Numbered from the stretch's first letter, positions 38,528 to 53,739 are shown. The stretch is 64,000 nt of DNA from Octopus bimaculoides (GCF_001194135.2 NC_068982.1:160108200-160172199); one strand, 5' to 3'. Translations and numbers: made by a program. The notes: generated from the sequence alone by a model not told the origin.

Positions 38528-38809
38528 TATCAAGAATGCAAAGATACGTAATTGCTTAGATTGTCGCTGTTTTATGTGCACTCGGTAGTCATCGGAATGC
38601 ATATACACTGTAAAGGAAAATTATAGTCGTCAACTTAGCGTGAATAACACCTACATTGTTAGAAACGTGAGCTAAAATTCCCCATTGCTGTTACAAAGTA
38701 TATGTTAAATGCTTTGTAATTGCAGTGGATCATTTTAGCTCGTGGTTTTAGTAATGTAGGTGTTATTCACACCCTTAGTCANNNNNNNNNNCTTAGTCAA
38801 GTTTAGTTG

Positions 38810-38844
<35 letters not shown>

Positions 38845-40429
38845 GTTTTTTTTTTATCTGTCGTTTATTTAAAATGCATTTTTTCATTTACATGCATACA
38901 TACATGCATACATACATACATACATACATATATATTTAGTTCAGATTATGTCTTGAACTTGAGGAGAGATTAAGTTGCAAAGTTATCATCGAATGTTATA
39001 TTCCTGGGTATTATTCAAGGCATTAATGCATTTCTGGAAGGTAGTTTCTGGATTCCTTGTGTTCGAATTGAAAATGCAATAAAATACGTGATACTTAGAA
39101 ATATTCGCATACGAGTTAGATTGTTGAGAGCCATGGCAAGGGAGTCATGAAATTGATATCATCATTCGCTCTTATACTATGACACTTATCATTGTTAAAG
39201 AACAACAGTTTGTTTGAATTTTCTCAACTAAAAATATTTATAAAACCTGCAGCTTTTATAAAAAGCAAACTTTTAAAATCATTATCCATCTAAAGAATTA
39301 AAACCTTGAAAAAGAAGTCATAGAATATCTTATAAGACATAAATTCTTTCGGGGGATTCGCAATTGCTTTTTACTGTTTCAAAATCTGCATAATACTATT
39401 TTTCTTGACAAAAGCCAATCTCGCAATTCCGATGTCAACTTTTACCTGATATATGACATTATTTTATGGACTATATCTTCTTTTATTTAAGTAAATATAC
39501 ATTATATCAATCTCCCTACTGCAGAACTCTGCATTCATAATAATAATGATAATTACTCCCGTCGATTTCGACGTATGAGTGGTTGAAGGAAAGAATAAAG
39601 AATACAAAAGAAGCTGCATCGATTTGCAATGGCTGCCTGAATATAATTTGAGCCCAGGGATGGTTTTGCTCTGAAGTCACAAGGGTAACAATGCTGACTT
39701 TGATTTTTGCCTGAGACTGAACAAAAGTGCCTGTTGATTAGAGAATAAAGTTTTATGTATGTTTATTCAACTGAAATTATTTATACCTGTCATGGGAGAT
39801 TTTATGCCTCTCATATCAGTCTAGACAATAATTTTCCCAAGATGTTAAATTAAGCTGCGGCATTCTAGTGATTGTTTCAACACGTCCTTGTATCTTTGCC
39901 GAAGAATCTCTCTACTTATTGACCACCCAGAAGAATTTTAGTAATGCAATCATCTTGCATTTCGACAACACGACCTGACGATTCGCACTGATTTCTCAAC
40001 ATGTTTTTGATACGGAAGATATCACATCTTTCTCAAAGATTAGTCATTTTATATTGTAGATATTGCGCAGACAGTACATTTGAAATGTTTTAAGTTTTTT
40101 GTATCTCTGTAGTAAGGAGTTCGTGCTTCTGCCTCGTACAAAAGTATGCTCAATATACAAGATTTGTATACATACTTATTTTAGTTTCCAGGCTGACATC
40201 ATGTTCATCTCACAAAGGATGAGAAATTTTCGAAAAGCACTTGTAGCCTTAAATATCCTAATATTGATTCTATCATCAAGAGTATTCTTAAGCTGTAATG
40301 TACTTTTAAAATAACCTGACCCATTTCAATGGCTTGTCATCACATTTGAATCTTGAGCATGTTCTGTCTCAGGCTTTGGTTGGAATAAATATTCAGTTTT
40401 CTTAATGCTGATAGCCAGCCCAAATAATA

Positions 40430-40493
40430 ACACCACCAACAACAAAAACAAAACTACAACGACAACAACAGCAGCAGCAGCAGCAACAACAAC

Positions 40494-40538
<45 letters not shown>

Positions 40539-40540
40539 CG
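40430..40540. repeat. (AAC)/(GCA)/(ATA)n trinucleotide tract
   Basis: Directly visible. Confidence 0.9.
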
Positions 40541-40739
40541 GGGTAGTCCTTGAGAGCAGTGTTCCCTTTGTTGCTTTTTTATTACTGATGCTTCCACTGT
40601 AGTTGGAGTTGTGTCTGTTGTTGATACTTCTTTCACAGGGACCGATTATCTTGTTGCAATTGTTGCTGTCTTTGTTTCTGCTATTACTGTTACACTTTGT
40701 TGCTAATATTACTGTTGTTCCTGTTCTCAGTATCGTTGC

Positions 40740-41180
40740 TTTGAGATAGCGGCGTCGGCTGCGGAGGTTCAGTTAGTTCTCACTTCTTGCGCTGAGGATG
40801 GAAAACTCTTAGAAAGCTTGGATCACAATATAACGGACGTTTTGGTTTCTTAACCTCAACCTCTACGGTAGCCGCAAGCCAACTGGCAGATTGATCATGT
40901 CTGAGATGACTTCCATTATTATTGACACTTTTGGAGCAATATCTCCATTATTGTACCCGGCCAATTTTTCTTTTGGTATGGAGCATAACGGTTGCCAATA
41001 TCCAGCAGATGTCTATTTCCCTCTCTCCTTCAGATGGAGAATGGTTTGACGAGTAGTTCACCACACCTTAAAGATGTTATATAATGCTTCCTAGTCTCCT
41101 TCTCGGTTGGGGATCTCACTTCAATTCTGTTAGACTTTTTGCCTGCAGCAGTGTGTGTTTTGATCCGTCAAATTGGTTTA
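40740..41180 (-). mobile_element. Decayed segment, possibly L1/Tx1-like ORF1
   Basis: GC-richer; minus-strand fragments RIEVRSPTEKETR...LRCGELLVKP...WLAATVEVEVKKP; many stops. Confidence 0.3.
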
Positions 41181-42349
41181 AAACATTTATACACTTTTCA
41201 ATTTCGTGTTGCGTCCCTTGGGCCCCTTTTGTGGATATCAGTCCTATCAACTATATATAATACACATTTTGGGTGTACTACTGCACGTCATTAAGCATAC
41301 TTTAGTATACCATTTTATATACTGTTTGTTCAAAATTGGTTAGGAAATGCCCAGTACTTTTCAAATCCTACGAGGGTATAAAACCTAAATCTTTCATTTG
41401 AACCGCATAAGAGAAACTGTCAACTATTTGTTTGCTAGTCATGGTATTGCCATTATTTTTTATTTTCAGTGTTAATGGTGGCAGTAGCCATGGTAATGCT
41501 GGTTGAATTTGTAGGCGTGTTATTGTTGCTGTTGATTTATTATTTACGTCCTCCAAAGAATTATTTTGTTTTTATAGTCGATGCTTCTTTCTTTTGTCGT
41601 CGTCGAAATTTTTGTTGTCACCGCAATATATTGACGTCTTGTTACTGTTGGTGTTATTTTTTTTTTTCATTTTTGTTGGCATTGATCTTGCTGCTTCTGT
41701 CGGCATTAGTGGCGATGTCGATGCATTGGCTTAAGATGTGTCAAGCTGTGTCGAAAGTACTGTTCCAGTTGTTAGTTATATCCCAACTGTAACCTGGTGA
41801 CATTTTCGTCAACATGTATTCATTTTCTCAAAATGGCTGTTTCAGAAAGATATACAAATCCAAGATCCTAACATCTATGAGCTGTTGGTTTATGATTGTA
41901 ATCTTTATTGCACAATGAATAGCTAAAATATTACAGCAAAAAAAGAAGCATCCATCGGGCAAGTCCATCTGTGTGGGCTATGTATACCGGCTCGTAGTTT
42001 ATTAGAACAATCTATTTTAATGGAAGATGATACAACGAGAGGAAACACAGAGCTAATGGTAGTTGAATATTTTGGTATTGAAACTTTGCTACTCAGTTGA
42101 GTGTTCTTTGCAGATTATTTATGTGGTGTTTGTATGCAGAGCAACAACATTACCATGGCAAAGAATAGTACTTCAATGTAGGTTTCATTTCAGCTTTCTT
42201 GAGATTTAGTTTCTAAATACGCTTGAAATATTTCACTATTATAAAGAGAACACCTTATCCCCGATCTAAATTGCAGCAATGCTTTATGGGAGATTACATA
42301 TCTTTGTGGGAGATTTTTCATATTGAGAGTTTGTAAGAATTTGTAACGG

Positions 42350-44100
42350 AAGTGGGATATTCAGTTTGTTTTGTATACATCATTAGATTGTAGGTACATT
42401 ACTATGGTAAGTGCACGGGCTGCAATGAAGAAACATAAACAATGCAATGAAGAAATATGTTTCACATATTTTCCATTGAAAATTGTTTAAGATATTTGTT
42501 CTAGAATTCAATATTTTTTGTAATTATGCTTGTAGGTCTTCCGTAGATGAGATTTCAACGTGTCAGGTTAAAGGTGAGCGATTCCTTGTATCATATGCTT
42601 GTTTTCTTAATAACAGTAAATAGTTCACTGATGTACAAATAATTTTGATAGTCATTTACAAATTTAAGGTGTACCAAAATTAATAGAAAAAAGAACTGTA
42701 ATGAAGTCCATCTCCAGCAGTGTGTAATGATGAGGTCAGACATGAAGTCTGTGATCCAAGACGTTACAGACGAATGAACCTCTTATGAATCTGTCAATTC
42801 ATAGGAGACAGCTGACAGCTTCGAGGCTGAGTGCAGTAACAATGTATCTACCATATTCTCAAGTACGAGATATGAATGGTAATTGTCATAGAAGAGTAAC
42901 CTCCCTGTCTATCTCGCTGCAGTTAAACTATGTTAGTTGCTAGTGTTCAGCGAGTAAAAGTCTAAAACAGATTTGTTGATTCTACTTGAATGTGAGAAAT
43001 GAGTATTAGTTGACTGGGTTAAATAAAGTACCCCTTACGTGGATAACACATCAACTTCAAGCAATGAAAATACTGTTCAGAATCTCGAACAAATTCCCAT
43101 TATGCTGCATTCGCGTTTAGGGCATGTGAAAAGTAGATCTAAAGGGAACTGTATTTCAATGAAAAGCAGCGAGAGTTATTATTAGCTTTGTAAGACAATA
43201 ATGAAGCAATTCCATTCTCATCCTTTAGCCAGCATTTATAAATGTTGCATTTATCTTTGTTGGGTAAATGTATTCCAGGGCGCTTCTATTTTCACAATGG
43301 CTAGAGAGATTGAAGAATTTGGCAATGTTACAAGTTAGCTTTAAATTACATGGCATGCTGACCGGTTGCTTTATTGTAAATATATTTCTTTTATCAGTTA
43401 TTCGTGAAGCTTGGTTCACAGTATATACTACATAACAAATTGTATAGATGTGACCGTTCGGTTTTTTACTGTTACATATTTTATCTAAATGTACATTATC
43501 AAATTTGTCTTGCACATTTTATAAAAGGCTATAATTCAATTTCAAAGAAATTTGTATATTCTAATAAGTCGACTAATTACATTAAAACTTCTCCACTGGG
43601 CCCAGCTGAAAAGAGTTTTCCTACAAGGAAACTGGTTGCAATTTTTTTCTTGGAGATGAATAGGGTTTGACGGATTATATTGATTGATCAGGTGTGGAGT
43701 TGGGATCGAAATATTTATAGCTATCTTTTTGGCAAGGATCTAAGTAGACAGTTGTTAGGCAAAATATCTCGCAAGTTGTGATACACAAGGTATGCTGTGT
43801 ATCTCTGCAGGTCGTGAATGACTTCTTTCATTATTACTAGCAAGTTTCCTTGGCTATAGTACTGCAACACTTATGTAGTTGAACAGCTTTTGGGATGCAA
43901 AATTCTTAGCATTAGTATGCGAGGTATCTGAAGGCATTTGCCTTGATGTCGACTTGCTCATCTTCATTTTATGAAAAGTAATGTCACATACAATTATTAC
44001 CGATAAATAACTTTTGAGATATTATTAGGAATGCTGAAACGTCATGCTAACTGCTGCTTCACAAAATTTAATGTAGGCACCATGATACCAACGGTCGATT
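42350..44100 (-). mobile_element. Old CR1-group-like LINE remnant (EN-RT)
   Basis: IRGSF..WITDFMSD...DGL followed by INFGTP (a decayed GVPQG-like motif) in RT order; heavily decayed. Confidence 0.35.
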
Positions 44101-44359
44101 ACATTGAGTTTGTCATTTTGATCCGTGGCGTTTCTACTGGTTCTACACATATAGTGCATTGCTGATTTTGAAAAAGAAGGGGAGGTACTGAATAAATTAC
44201 TTAAATCATTTATACCATCTTGTCAATATACTGCATGGAAATTCCACACGAATATTCAAATTTACTCTATAAAATCGCACATTGTGTTAAATACCTCGTG
44301 GTCCTTCTTTCATAATTTGTCTTATTTTGATCTTTTTATTAGTTTTAGTCATAGGAATG

Positions 44360-44712
44360 TGGATATGTTAGGGTGCCGCCTTGCAGTGTTTAGCGGAACA
44401 AATCAACCCCATTACTTATTTTCTAAATTTGGTACTTATTCTCTCCGGCTCTGTTGCTGAAATACTAAGTTACGGTGACGTAAATAATGCCAACACCGAT
44501 TGCCAAGCGTTGGAGGGTGGCGCTGAACAATCACAAAGACACTCATATATATAATACGAAGGGTTTCCGTACTGTTTTCAAGTACCAAATTCACTCACAA
44601 GGTATTGGTTGGCTTGGAGCTATTGTAGAAGACACTCCTCCAAAGGGATGCGTAGTGAGACTGAACTCGGAGCCATGGGCTTGAAATGTAATATTCTTAA
44701 CCACACACCTGC
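44360..44712 (-). mobile_element. SINE family A, old diverged copy
   Basis: gggtgccgccttgcagtgtttagcggaacaaatcaacccc...ttcactcacaaggtattggttggcttggagctattgtagaagacac. Confidence 0.75.
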
Positions 44713-47424
44713 TTCAAAAGACATAAAACTAATATCGCCTAAAGGATCCAGGCCTAATCAATCACCTTAACCATTCGGTCATGACGACCATAATGCTAAT
44801 TAAAGTGGAAAACAGTTATATTCCTTGCATTTAGTCGGAATTCGACTTACCTTTGTCTGAATACTATCTCCTCTGCTCATATTGTAATTTTTACTATCGG
44901 TACTGAAATCCAGCATACTAAATAGTATGTTTCAACATGTATTTATGATGTACCACAATAATGTATCTATAACTTGTATATTATTTCGTCAAAATCATCC
45001 CAATTGAAAAGTAGCAGAGTGGAAACTGCAGCATATAAATATGCTACTTATAGCAGCAACGCAGTCACGTTTTGTGTAAATGTTCGATGTTGCATTTACA
45101 CACGGAAGAAACGATTATATTCTCCAAATTCAGCATTATCACAGATAAATGTGTTTATATTTAATTCTTTCCTCTTTGCTCCCAAAATATGAATTCAATT
45201 ATTACCTGTTAAGAGGCCAACACTTTTTTAGAGTGAAATCAGTTTCTCTACAAACGTCTTGCTTTCTACATTTACAGTCAAAATTATATTTTACTTCTGT
45301 TTCTCAGCGAGACCTGAGCTGGAACGTACACAAATTATTCTGGAAGCCGATCATAATAATACGATTCAGCCAAAGGAATCTGCAACATATAAACATTTTC
45401 GAAGCATTTCGAACATTTCATGATTACGTCAAGAACCATTTAAAATAATTCTAAATATTGCTTTTCTAAATGCTTTCTCTTCAGCGCAGTTGTTTACTAC
45501 CAAATCCTTATGCCATGCATATCAACGATCCGAAGTGTTCCAGCATGGACCACATTATCTATTTTAATGATATCTAGGTACAAACTATCCCGTGTAAATT
45601 CTTTTCATTTCAAAATGTCAAGGTAAGTATTTGCTACTTCCTAGCAAATCGAAAAGACGTACTTTCTCTTATGTCTGCTGCTTTGGCTGATTTGCTTCCC
45701 GTCAACTCTGTTGGAACAGATGTCTGATCCCAGGCACTCTAGCATTCTAGCAGACTTGTAGTGATGTGTAATCTGCTGCTCATTATTAAATATTTGGTTG
45801 TGATTGAGAGTAAGTTAGCAGCCATTTCTGACAGATAGAGATTCATATGCAAGTTTACTCGTTGCAATATTTTGCTTTGGTAGATATCTGAACTAAATGT
45901 CACCAGGTTTGTGTACAAGAGATAAATTGAAATAGTTCCATTTGCAAAGAAGCTTTTTCAAATTCCGCTTTATAAATAAGATAATCTAATTATTTACACA
46001 CAAATAAATTTAATTCAGTTCAATTTTAATGCAATTTTCAAAACATTGTTATCCCTAATATTTAAATTAAATCTTTATCTCATAGATTTTGGTTAAATAT
46101 GCTATTTCATGAATATATTGTGATTGTTTTTTTATTGCAAATTTATTTTGTGCTAATTTAAATGGTTTTAATAGTGTAAATATTGAAGATACACAAGACA
46201 ACGTTTGCGTATTAATAGTAACGTACTAATATTGTTATAAACCTTAATTTTATTAATATACTAATATTGAATTTTAATGTTCTCTGAAACACGATATTGT
46301 TATCATGGTTAAATTAGGAAGAAGAACGGGACAGGACCCTCCATGAGTTCAACGCTAGTGAAATGAACATCGCTCGTGTTCAAAGGATTTGAATAATCCC
46401 TATATAAAAAGGTATTGATTAATAAATGAAGAAATAGATATTATATTGATCAAACGCTTTGAATTGAATCCAATGCTAAACCATTATATAGAGTAAGCGA
46501 GAAATTTTTGATTCATTAAAATTAATCTTGTAGATCTAGCTTAATAGATTTTAGTCAAACATGTTAAGGGAGATAAACCCAAAATTTAAATTGTTCAAAA
46601 TTGCTAAATTGCAGAATGTGAGCACAAAAATTCGAATGTACTGCTGAGATTTATATTCCACAATAAAGTAATTAATTAACCAAAATTTAGGCTATAGGTG
46701 TAGGATCACCCAAGAAATTTTGGCTGTGTTAGAATCTCTACAGTTTCTATTTAAGGGAATAAACATGATAATCAGATTGGGCACATAATAAAATGGTCAT
46801 TTTTTTAAAAACATTATCATAGTTTATAAGGAAATATTTCATTAGCTATTGCACATATGACGACCCACACAAACGCACACATACACGAAGATACTCGCAT
46901 AAAGATACATCACAAGTGCACACATGTAATGACTATACTGAATAATCTTTACTTTCTAATACAAGCTATTTCTTTCTGTCAGCCTTTTGTTTCACAATCA
47001 TCGCACTAACCTCACGTGTCCGGTATTTCTCTCTCATCACGTCATATCCAGACGAATGCCTTTTATATATTCTCTTTCCAATAGTATTTTCCTTTTTTGC
47101 GTCTTAAGTTAAAAACACCATTGTAATTATTTGTTCTACTTCAAACTAGTAATTCATAACAATCATACAAGAATTTTCTAACACCGCCGGTATTTTCAAT
47201 CATAAGACTTCTCTTCGTCTTGTATTGTCTGAACCCTTACGATTTCCAGGCGAATATTGCAAACGTCTTCCAGATACAGTAACTGAAATGTTAGCTGATG
47301 AAATGGGTTCCACAGTCTGATTTTTAATCTTCCGTTAATTTTCCTTTCACATTCTTTCTTTCTTTTTTTCTTTCTTTCTTTCTTTCTTTCTTTCGTTCTT
47401 TCTTTCTTTCCATTTTTATTTCCG

Positions 47425-47436
47425 ACTCTCACTCAC

Positions 47437-47522
<86 letters not shown>
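47425..47522. repeat. (TC)n microsatellite preceded by (TTTC)n
   Basis: Directly visible. Confidence 0.95.
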
Positions 47523-47525
<3 letters not shown>

Positions 47526-47529
47526 TTCT

Positions 47530-49037
47530 ATGTATGTCATTGTTCAGTTATATTTCAAGACTTGTTGTCAATAGAGAAAGAGTCGGTTTCTAATCTAATT
47601 TTAACGTTCCTTCATTGGACTTTCAACATCAAAAACAGGGTATTTTTGCTTGAATGTATGCATGTATGTATGTATACGTGCAGATTTGTATGTTTTGCTT
47701 TATGTATGTATTCTCATGCATATAATTGCATATCTAGACATGCTCATATATATTTAAATGTTAAATTTCTGGAAAGTTTTACAGATTTTTACAGTTCCAG
47801 TGATGAATTGGACCTGTAGCCTTCGAATTAGCTTTCTCCTCTCTGGGTTTGAGAAACCTAAATTTCTCATGATTGGTATTTAGGCAGTGTGTTACACATT
47901 CCAGGGACCCAATAATTACAGGTATAAACCTGAACTTGTAATCTGGATAGAATAACTGCAGATTTCCCAATAGTCCAGCGTGAGTATTCTCTTTTTCACT
48001 GATATCCAGCTTTTTGTTAAAATCTGATGGGCAGCTACTTTCCACAACTGTGCACAGTTTGTCTTCCCGAATCGTTATATCAGGTCTGTTGTGCTTACAT
48101 TTTATTGAGGTCATGATTAGGACATTTCACCGGTACTCCTATTTATCATGATTGGCTATGGCGTCTATCATACTATGGGTTCTTATTTCTTTGTCCTTGG
48201 GGTTATCTTTCTGACGGATTTCATTATACTATCCTAGCTACAACATCACGTCTCATTGGTAGATTATACCATGATGACATTTTCGGCAACTGCTTATGAT
48301 GTGGGTGATATCTTCGATGCTAACTCCACAGAGTTTGCATCAGTTGTCACATTTTACTGCTTTGCCTGCATCTCTATGCCTTTTGTGCATCAGGAACTTG
48401 GTTGATATTTCTTGTTCCTGGATTGCAAACGCATACCCTTCAAAGTGTGGGGGGGGGGGNNNNNNNNNNNNNNNNNNNNNNNNNNNNNNNNNNNNNNNNN
48501 NNNNNNNNNNNNNNNNNNNNNNNNNNACTTGGTTGATATTTCTTGTTCCTGGATTGCAAACGCATACCCTTCAAAGTGGGGGGGGGCAATAATCCGCCTA
48601 TTGGTCCATGATAAACTGCTTTGTTGATCGATGTTACTATCAACACAGAGATTTCTATTAACATATACATTCATAATCTTCTGCTCATACAGGCTCATCC
48701 TTTCATCTGATGATACGTTGCGGTAGAGTCGTGCAACTTCTTTGGGGATGTCTTTGAGGTTATCAGACAAAGAATGTTGATCAAGGAGCTTCCTACCAAG
48801 TCTTATGATGTTATCAGCCTCATGGATTCAAACTTGGTCAAGAGAAGCATTTCAACATTTGGTAGTTAAAATATGTTGTCGAAGGGATATGATATGACAT
48901 TCAAAAGCATTTTGGATCAATGTTAAGCCTCTATCACCTTGTTTTCGTTTTAGGTAGAAGCGGTTTACGTCACTGTTTATATGGAAATTATGTGTGCTTC
49001 TTAGTATTTTTCAGGTTTTCAAATCAATAGCTCGGAT
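47530..49037 (-). mobile_element. 5'-truncated R4/Dong-like non-LTR retrotransposon with restriction-like endonuclease
   Basis: In order: FHINSDVNRFYLKRKQGDRGL (GGRGL-like), FEGYAFAIQEQEI, CKLC...EDITHIISSC (CCHC), HNRPDI...VVESSCPSD...EKE...PVIIGSL (PD-D/ExK). Frameshifted; the 3' boundary is approximate. Confidence 0.85.
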
Positions 49038-49038
49038 C

Positions 49039-49235
49039 ATGTATGTTTGTATGTATGTATGTATGTATGTATGTATGTATGTATTATGTATGTATGTATG
49101 TATGTATTTGCATGTATATAGGTAGGTATGTATGTGTGCCTGTATGCATGAATAGTATAGTACCAAGTAAAGTATATCAACAATTTTTGTGTCAGTTTGA
49201 GTTTATGTACACACACACACACATACATACATATA
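49039..49235. repeat. (TATG)n microsatellite with (CA)n end
   Basis: Directly visible. Confidence 0.9.
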
Positions 49236-50248
49236 AATATATATCTACGCATTATATTCATATGTGTGCATAGATATAATTAGAATATTCATCATATTTT
49301 GTGCGAATTTTTGTATTGCTTACTACAAAAAACGCATTTATTTACTTACACTCTAAGTATGCGAATTTCTTAAAGGTCTTTTTCTGTGTTTAGTTATAAT
49401 CTTATTACAAAAGGAAAAAAAAATCTATTAGCATCCGTCTTCGAAGCAGCGTGGTATTGACATGAGTGCAATATCATTGTAGAGTTATGAGTTCTGTCAG
49501 TTCGTTATTTAAGTTTCGGATATGCAAACTGTCGCTTAGATTAGTGTGTGTTAATTCGTATTTTATGATAATAATTCCATATTTTTGTTATATATTTTTC
49601 TTTCAGTTTGTTTTACAAATCTTTGAAAGATTAAATATTTATCATTGTTTAATGATTTTGAAAAATCTTGAGTTATAATACTTGACGAATGATTTTATAT
49701 TATTTTACTGGTGTCAATACTTTTGCTCTCCGATAGTTGAAATTTGTATTCAAAAATTGAATATAAAACCTATGAACGAGATCGTTTATCATTGATTTCT
49801 TGTACTTTCGAACACACAATCCGATTTTGAAAATATCCGCAGATAATATGGATAATCTACACTTCGGTAAAAACAATAATACAATGATACTATTAGCTCT
49901 GTATTTGTTTCATATATTATATTTGTACAAAATATCCGATATGTATGTATACATACATTCATATATATATATATATATATATANNNNNNNNNNNNNNNNN
50001 NNNNNNNNNNNNNNNNNNNNNNNNNNNNNNNNNNNNNNNNNNNNNNNNNNNNNNNNNNNNNNNNNNNNNNNNNNNNNNNNNNNNNNNNNNNNNNNNNNNN
50101 NNNNNNNNNNNNNNNNNNNNNNNNNNNNNNNNNNNNNNNNNNNNNNNNNNNNNNNNNNNNNNNNNNNNNNNNNNNNNNNNNNNNNNNNNNNNNNNNNNNN
50201 NNNNNNNNNNNNNNNNNNNNNNNNNNNNNNNNNNNNNNNNNNNNNNNN

Positions 50249-50285
<37 letters not shown>

Positions 50286-51949
50286 TAAGTATATGCCTGT
50301 ACATGTGTATATGTATATGTATATGTGATGTATATGTATATTCATAGACTCATTGTATGTATGTGTATACATGTTTTGGATTGCTATAGATTTATATCTA
50401 CTTCAAGTGAAATATGTGGTTCCTTTTATTGTTTGTTCATTCCTGTCTATAAATATACTCACTTATTAACATACAAACATAACACAGATCATTATCGAGA
50501 TAATACTGTATTTAAGAGAATTGTTTTACTAAGACACGAAACGTGTAAGCTGGAATATAATAAACTCCTTGTTTTTAATAATTAAACAGAAGTGTATAAT
50601 CAAATATTTTTGCTATTGCTTTCTTTTATATAACTGTAATGATGACAAGATAAATGCCACATATATATCTCAAGAAATGTAGTCTTTTCGGGTCTCCAGT
50701 TAATGCTTTTCCGTTATTCAAATTTATTTTTTAGACACCCAAAACGCGTCGGTGAAAATGCATCGTGGGATTTCCTTCACTACTTTATGTTCTTATTTCA
50801 AATTCCCCATTATCCTTTCGAGATAGAAATATAAGTACTAGCTGAGTATTGGGGTTGATATAATCAACTAACCCCTCCTTACAAAACAGACTTCAGGCGT
50901 TGTGGCTATAGTAGAAAACATTTTTGACACCTAATCAATAATTTCAGATTACATATTGTTTATTAATTGGATGATTTAAGAAACGGTAGAGAAGTTTTTA
51001 TACAGATACAAACAAAGTAACGGTGAGATAGCATCACGACTCTTAGTGATGTCTAGTCTGTGTTGTGGTTATATTGAGGCACCATTGGATGTGTTTATTT
51101 GATGCTATTACTCGCAATATTTTTTACTCTTTTACGTCTGGTAGTTTTCTTCTTGTTTAGTTGCTGAGTCGCTAACTTACACTCAGCAAGATCCAAATAC
51201 ATTAAAAATATGGATTTGCAGTTAATTACATATCTATATGTCTCTGCAGCTCATTCGCTTTTCTAATGTCCAAACTCCTTTAATCAAACTAACTATCAAT
51301 CATCCTGAGTGTTGTTCCTGCCAACATACACTCCGCACTATACGCAAAGTATCATTGAAACCTCATTTGAATACGAGAAATTATTTTGAGTGGTCATTTC
51401 TTTACCTCTCTCATCTCTGTATCCGGCTTTCTCTCTCTCTTTCTCTCTACTGTCGTTTGAAATTGAACGAGTTAAAAATTTAAGTGAACCATTTGACTGA
51501 AATTTTAAGATAAATTAAATAAGGCCGTTATGTATGACTTTTTTATTAACTATTTATAACAAAACTAGTTCACATGACTTTGGAAGAATTCTGTATCTCT
51601 GAGGAGAAAGGAAATTGTTCTTAGAGGTGTAAAAAAAGATAAGAACAAAGGAATGCTAGAAGGATAAACAATGAAGCATTATTCTGGACACGTTTCTTAT
51701 AAGCGTTTCCTCCCTTAAAATATAGAGACCCCGTTCTTAGCTTGGAGCATTTCAGTTGGTTCTGTTGAGTATTATTCGGTTCTTATTGCTGCAGGTACTC
51801 TTATTGGTATTTAGCATTAAATTGTTCCTAATTTAACGGATATATAATCAGACCTTCCGTTGCATTGTTTTCTGGGAAAATGTTATTCTCAAACAAAAGT
51901 CTAATGTCTATGTTTGTTAATGAGATTGCCCTATAATTAAGATCTCTAT

Positions 51950-52080
51950 TGCAAAATCACTGTTTCAGGCTCGATCCATCAGTGTAGAACTCGTGGTAAG
52001 TGTCTTATATTTTAGCCCCGAATTGACCAGTACATTGTGAAAGGAATTCAGAAGGAAACTATGAAGAAACCCTTTTTATG
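51950..52080 (+). mobile_element. SINE family A-like decayed 5' half
   Basis: ggtaagtgtcttatattttagccccgaattgacc...ttgtga...ggaaactatgaagaaaccc. Confidence 0.45.
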
Positions 52081-53186
52081 TGTGTAACTGTGTGTATGCA
52101 CTTTGTATGATTGTATGAATGTATGCAGTTGTGTATTTTTGTATGTATACATGTGTATCTCTATTTCTTTTTAAACGACTCTAAACCTAAGCATTTATCT
52201 TGTGTCTCTTTATGTCACGTAGCATAACGATAAGACAAATACAGTTTGATATAATAAGTAGCAAACAGGGTATGTTTCAATATTTACGGAGTCATATACT
52301 GAGTTTTCAAACGTTTGATGAATAAACGAGTGAAATTCCACGTGTATATGTAAAGTACATCATGGGAATTTTGGATGCCTCTGTATCTTTTGGTGAATGG
52401 AAATTTCTGGAAATTTACGTGATGATAAAGCGAGTGGTTTTGTGTCTGCTGTTCCGGTATTAGCTCAATATTCTTATTGCAAGTTGTGTTTTAGGGCCGT
52501 GTATTTTTTTAGTGTTACTGATTGTTTTCTTGTTTACTGTTTATTAAAAGGTCATAAGCAGGGTCTACCTGCCAATGGCCTCTCTAGTAGAATATTGTAT
52601 ATTCACAATACTACACTCAAAAGTACTTTGGAGTAACTTACGCCACATACGATTAACTACTGCTAATCAGTAATTCAATTAATGCTTGTAAGTTTACTAT
52701 GAAGAATAATGATTATATCTCCATTAATTATGATGCCAGGACATTGATACGAAGTATAATTCTCATTTTCATTGTCTTTCTAAGTATTCTACCAATAATA
52801 ACAATGACTCCAGTTATACCTGTGAATACAGTAATGGATAATGGATTTGGGAAACAAAGGACTCATTTATACTAGGATAATCAGCCCCCACCCACCAAAT
52901 ATCCGCATGAAGATAAGAACGCATCGCCATTGTTTTACGAGGTGATCTCTAAAGTAAAAATTCCCATCCCGATGAAGATCGCGCTCTATATTTAATACGT
53001 CCATAATCAAGCTTCCTTACTCCATCACGCATAATCTCAGATCACTCATCTCTGCAGCAAATAGACGAGACTTCGGCCTTACATATACATGAACACTAGT
53101 AAATATTGTAATGGTGACTGCTCTCACCCATAATAATAATAACTGTAATACTAACTGTGATACTTCCTGTTCCAGCTACAATAAAA

Positions 53187-53399
53187 TTCTTTTCTAATCT
53201 AGGCACAAGGCTCGAAACTTTTAGGGAGGGGGACAGTCGATTACATCGACCTCGGTACGCAACTGGTACTTAATTCACCGACCCCGAAAGGATGAAAGGC
53301 AAAGCCGATCTCGGCGGAATTTGAACTCAGAACGTAAAGACAGATGAAATATCGCTAAGCATTTCACCTGGCGTGCTAACTTTTCTGCGTGCTCGCCGC
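53187..53399 (-). mobile_element. SINE family B, full length
   Basis: Reverse complement of the family B pattern, including B box GTTCAAATTCC and the ccttgtgcc tail. Confidence 0.92.
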
Positions 53400-53739
53400 T
53401 TTTACAGCTTCAATAATACTAATGATGATAGTAGGAATAATGATATCGTATTGATTCAAACATTTTGCAATATTTTCGTAATTGATATGCTTTATTTGGT
53501 AAGTTACAACAAAAGCATCCTAGCATTCAAAGTAGAAGGTATCGTGTTGCACCGTCTGAAACTACCTTTCTACCTTTTCTTTGAGCCCACGTTATTACCG
53601 GATTTTGTCCTCTGAGGTGAGGAACTCCTACACCGAAGCTTTCACCTCCACTTGGTTGATGAAGCGTCGAGAGTGCAGAAAGCGAGCCATGGATCGGAGC
53701 AAGTAATAATCCAAATGAGGAATTTTTTCTGGAATCCTA

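Noticed and set aside
47153-47320. Protein-like frame FITIIQEFSNTAGIFNHK...MGSTV* containing CTGATGA
   Set aside because: No usable acceptor or ATG and no recognisable homology; the CTGATGA has no partner GAAA or stems.
48396-48587. Duplicated ~60-bp segment with a poly-G run
   Set aside because: The copies flank an N-gap next to a G homopolymer; most likely an assembly artefact.
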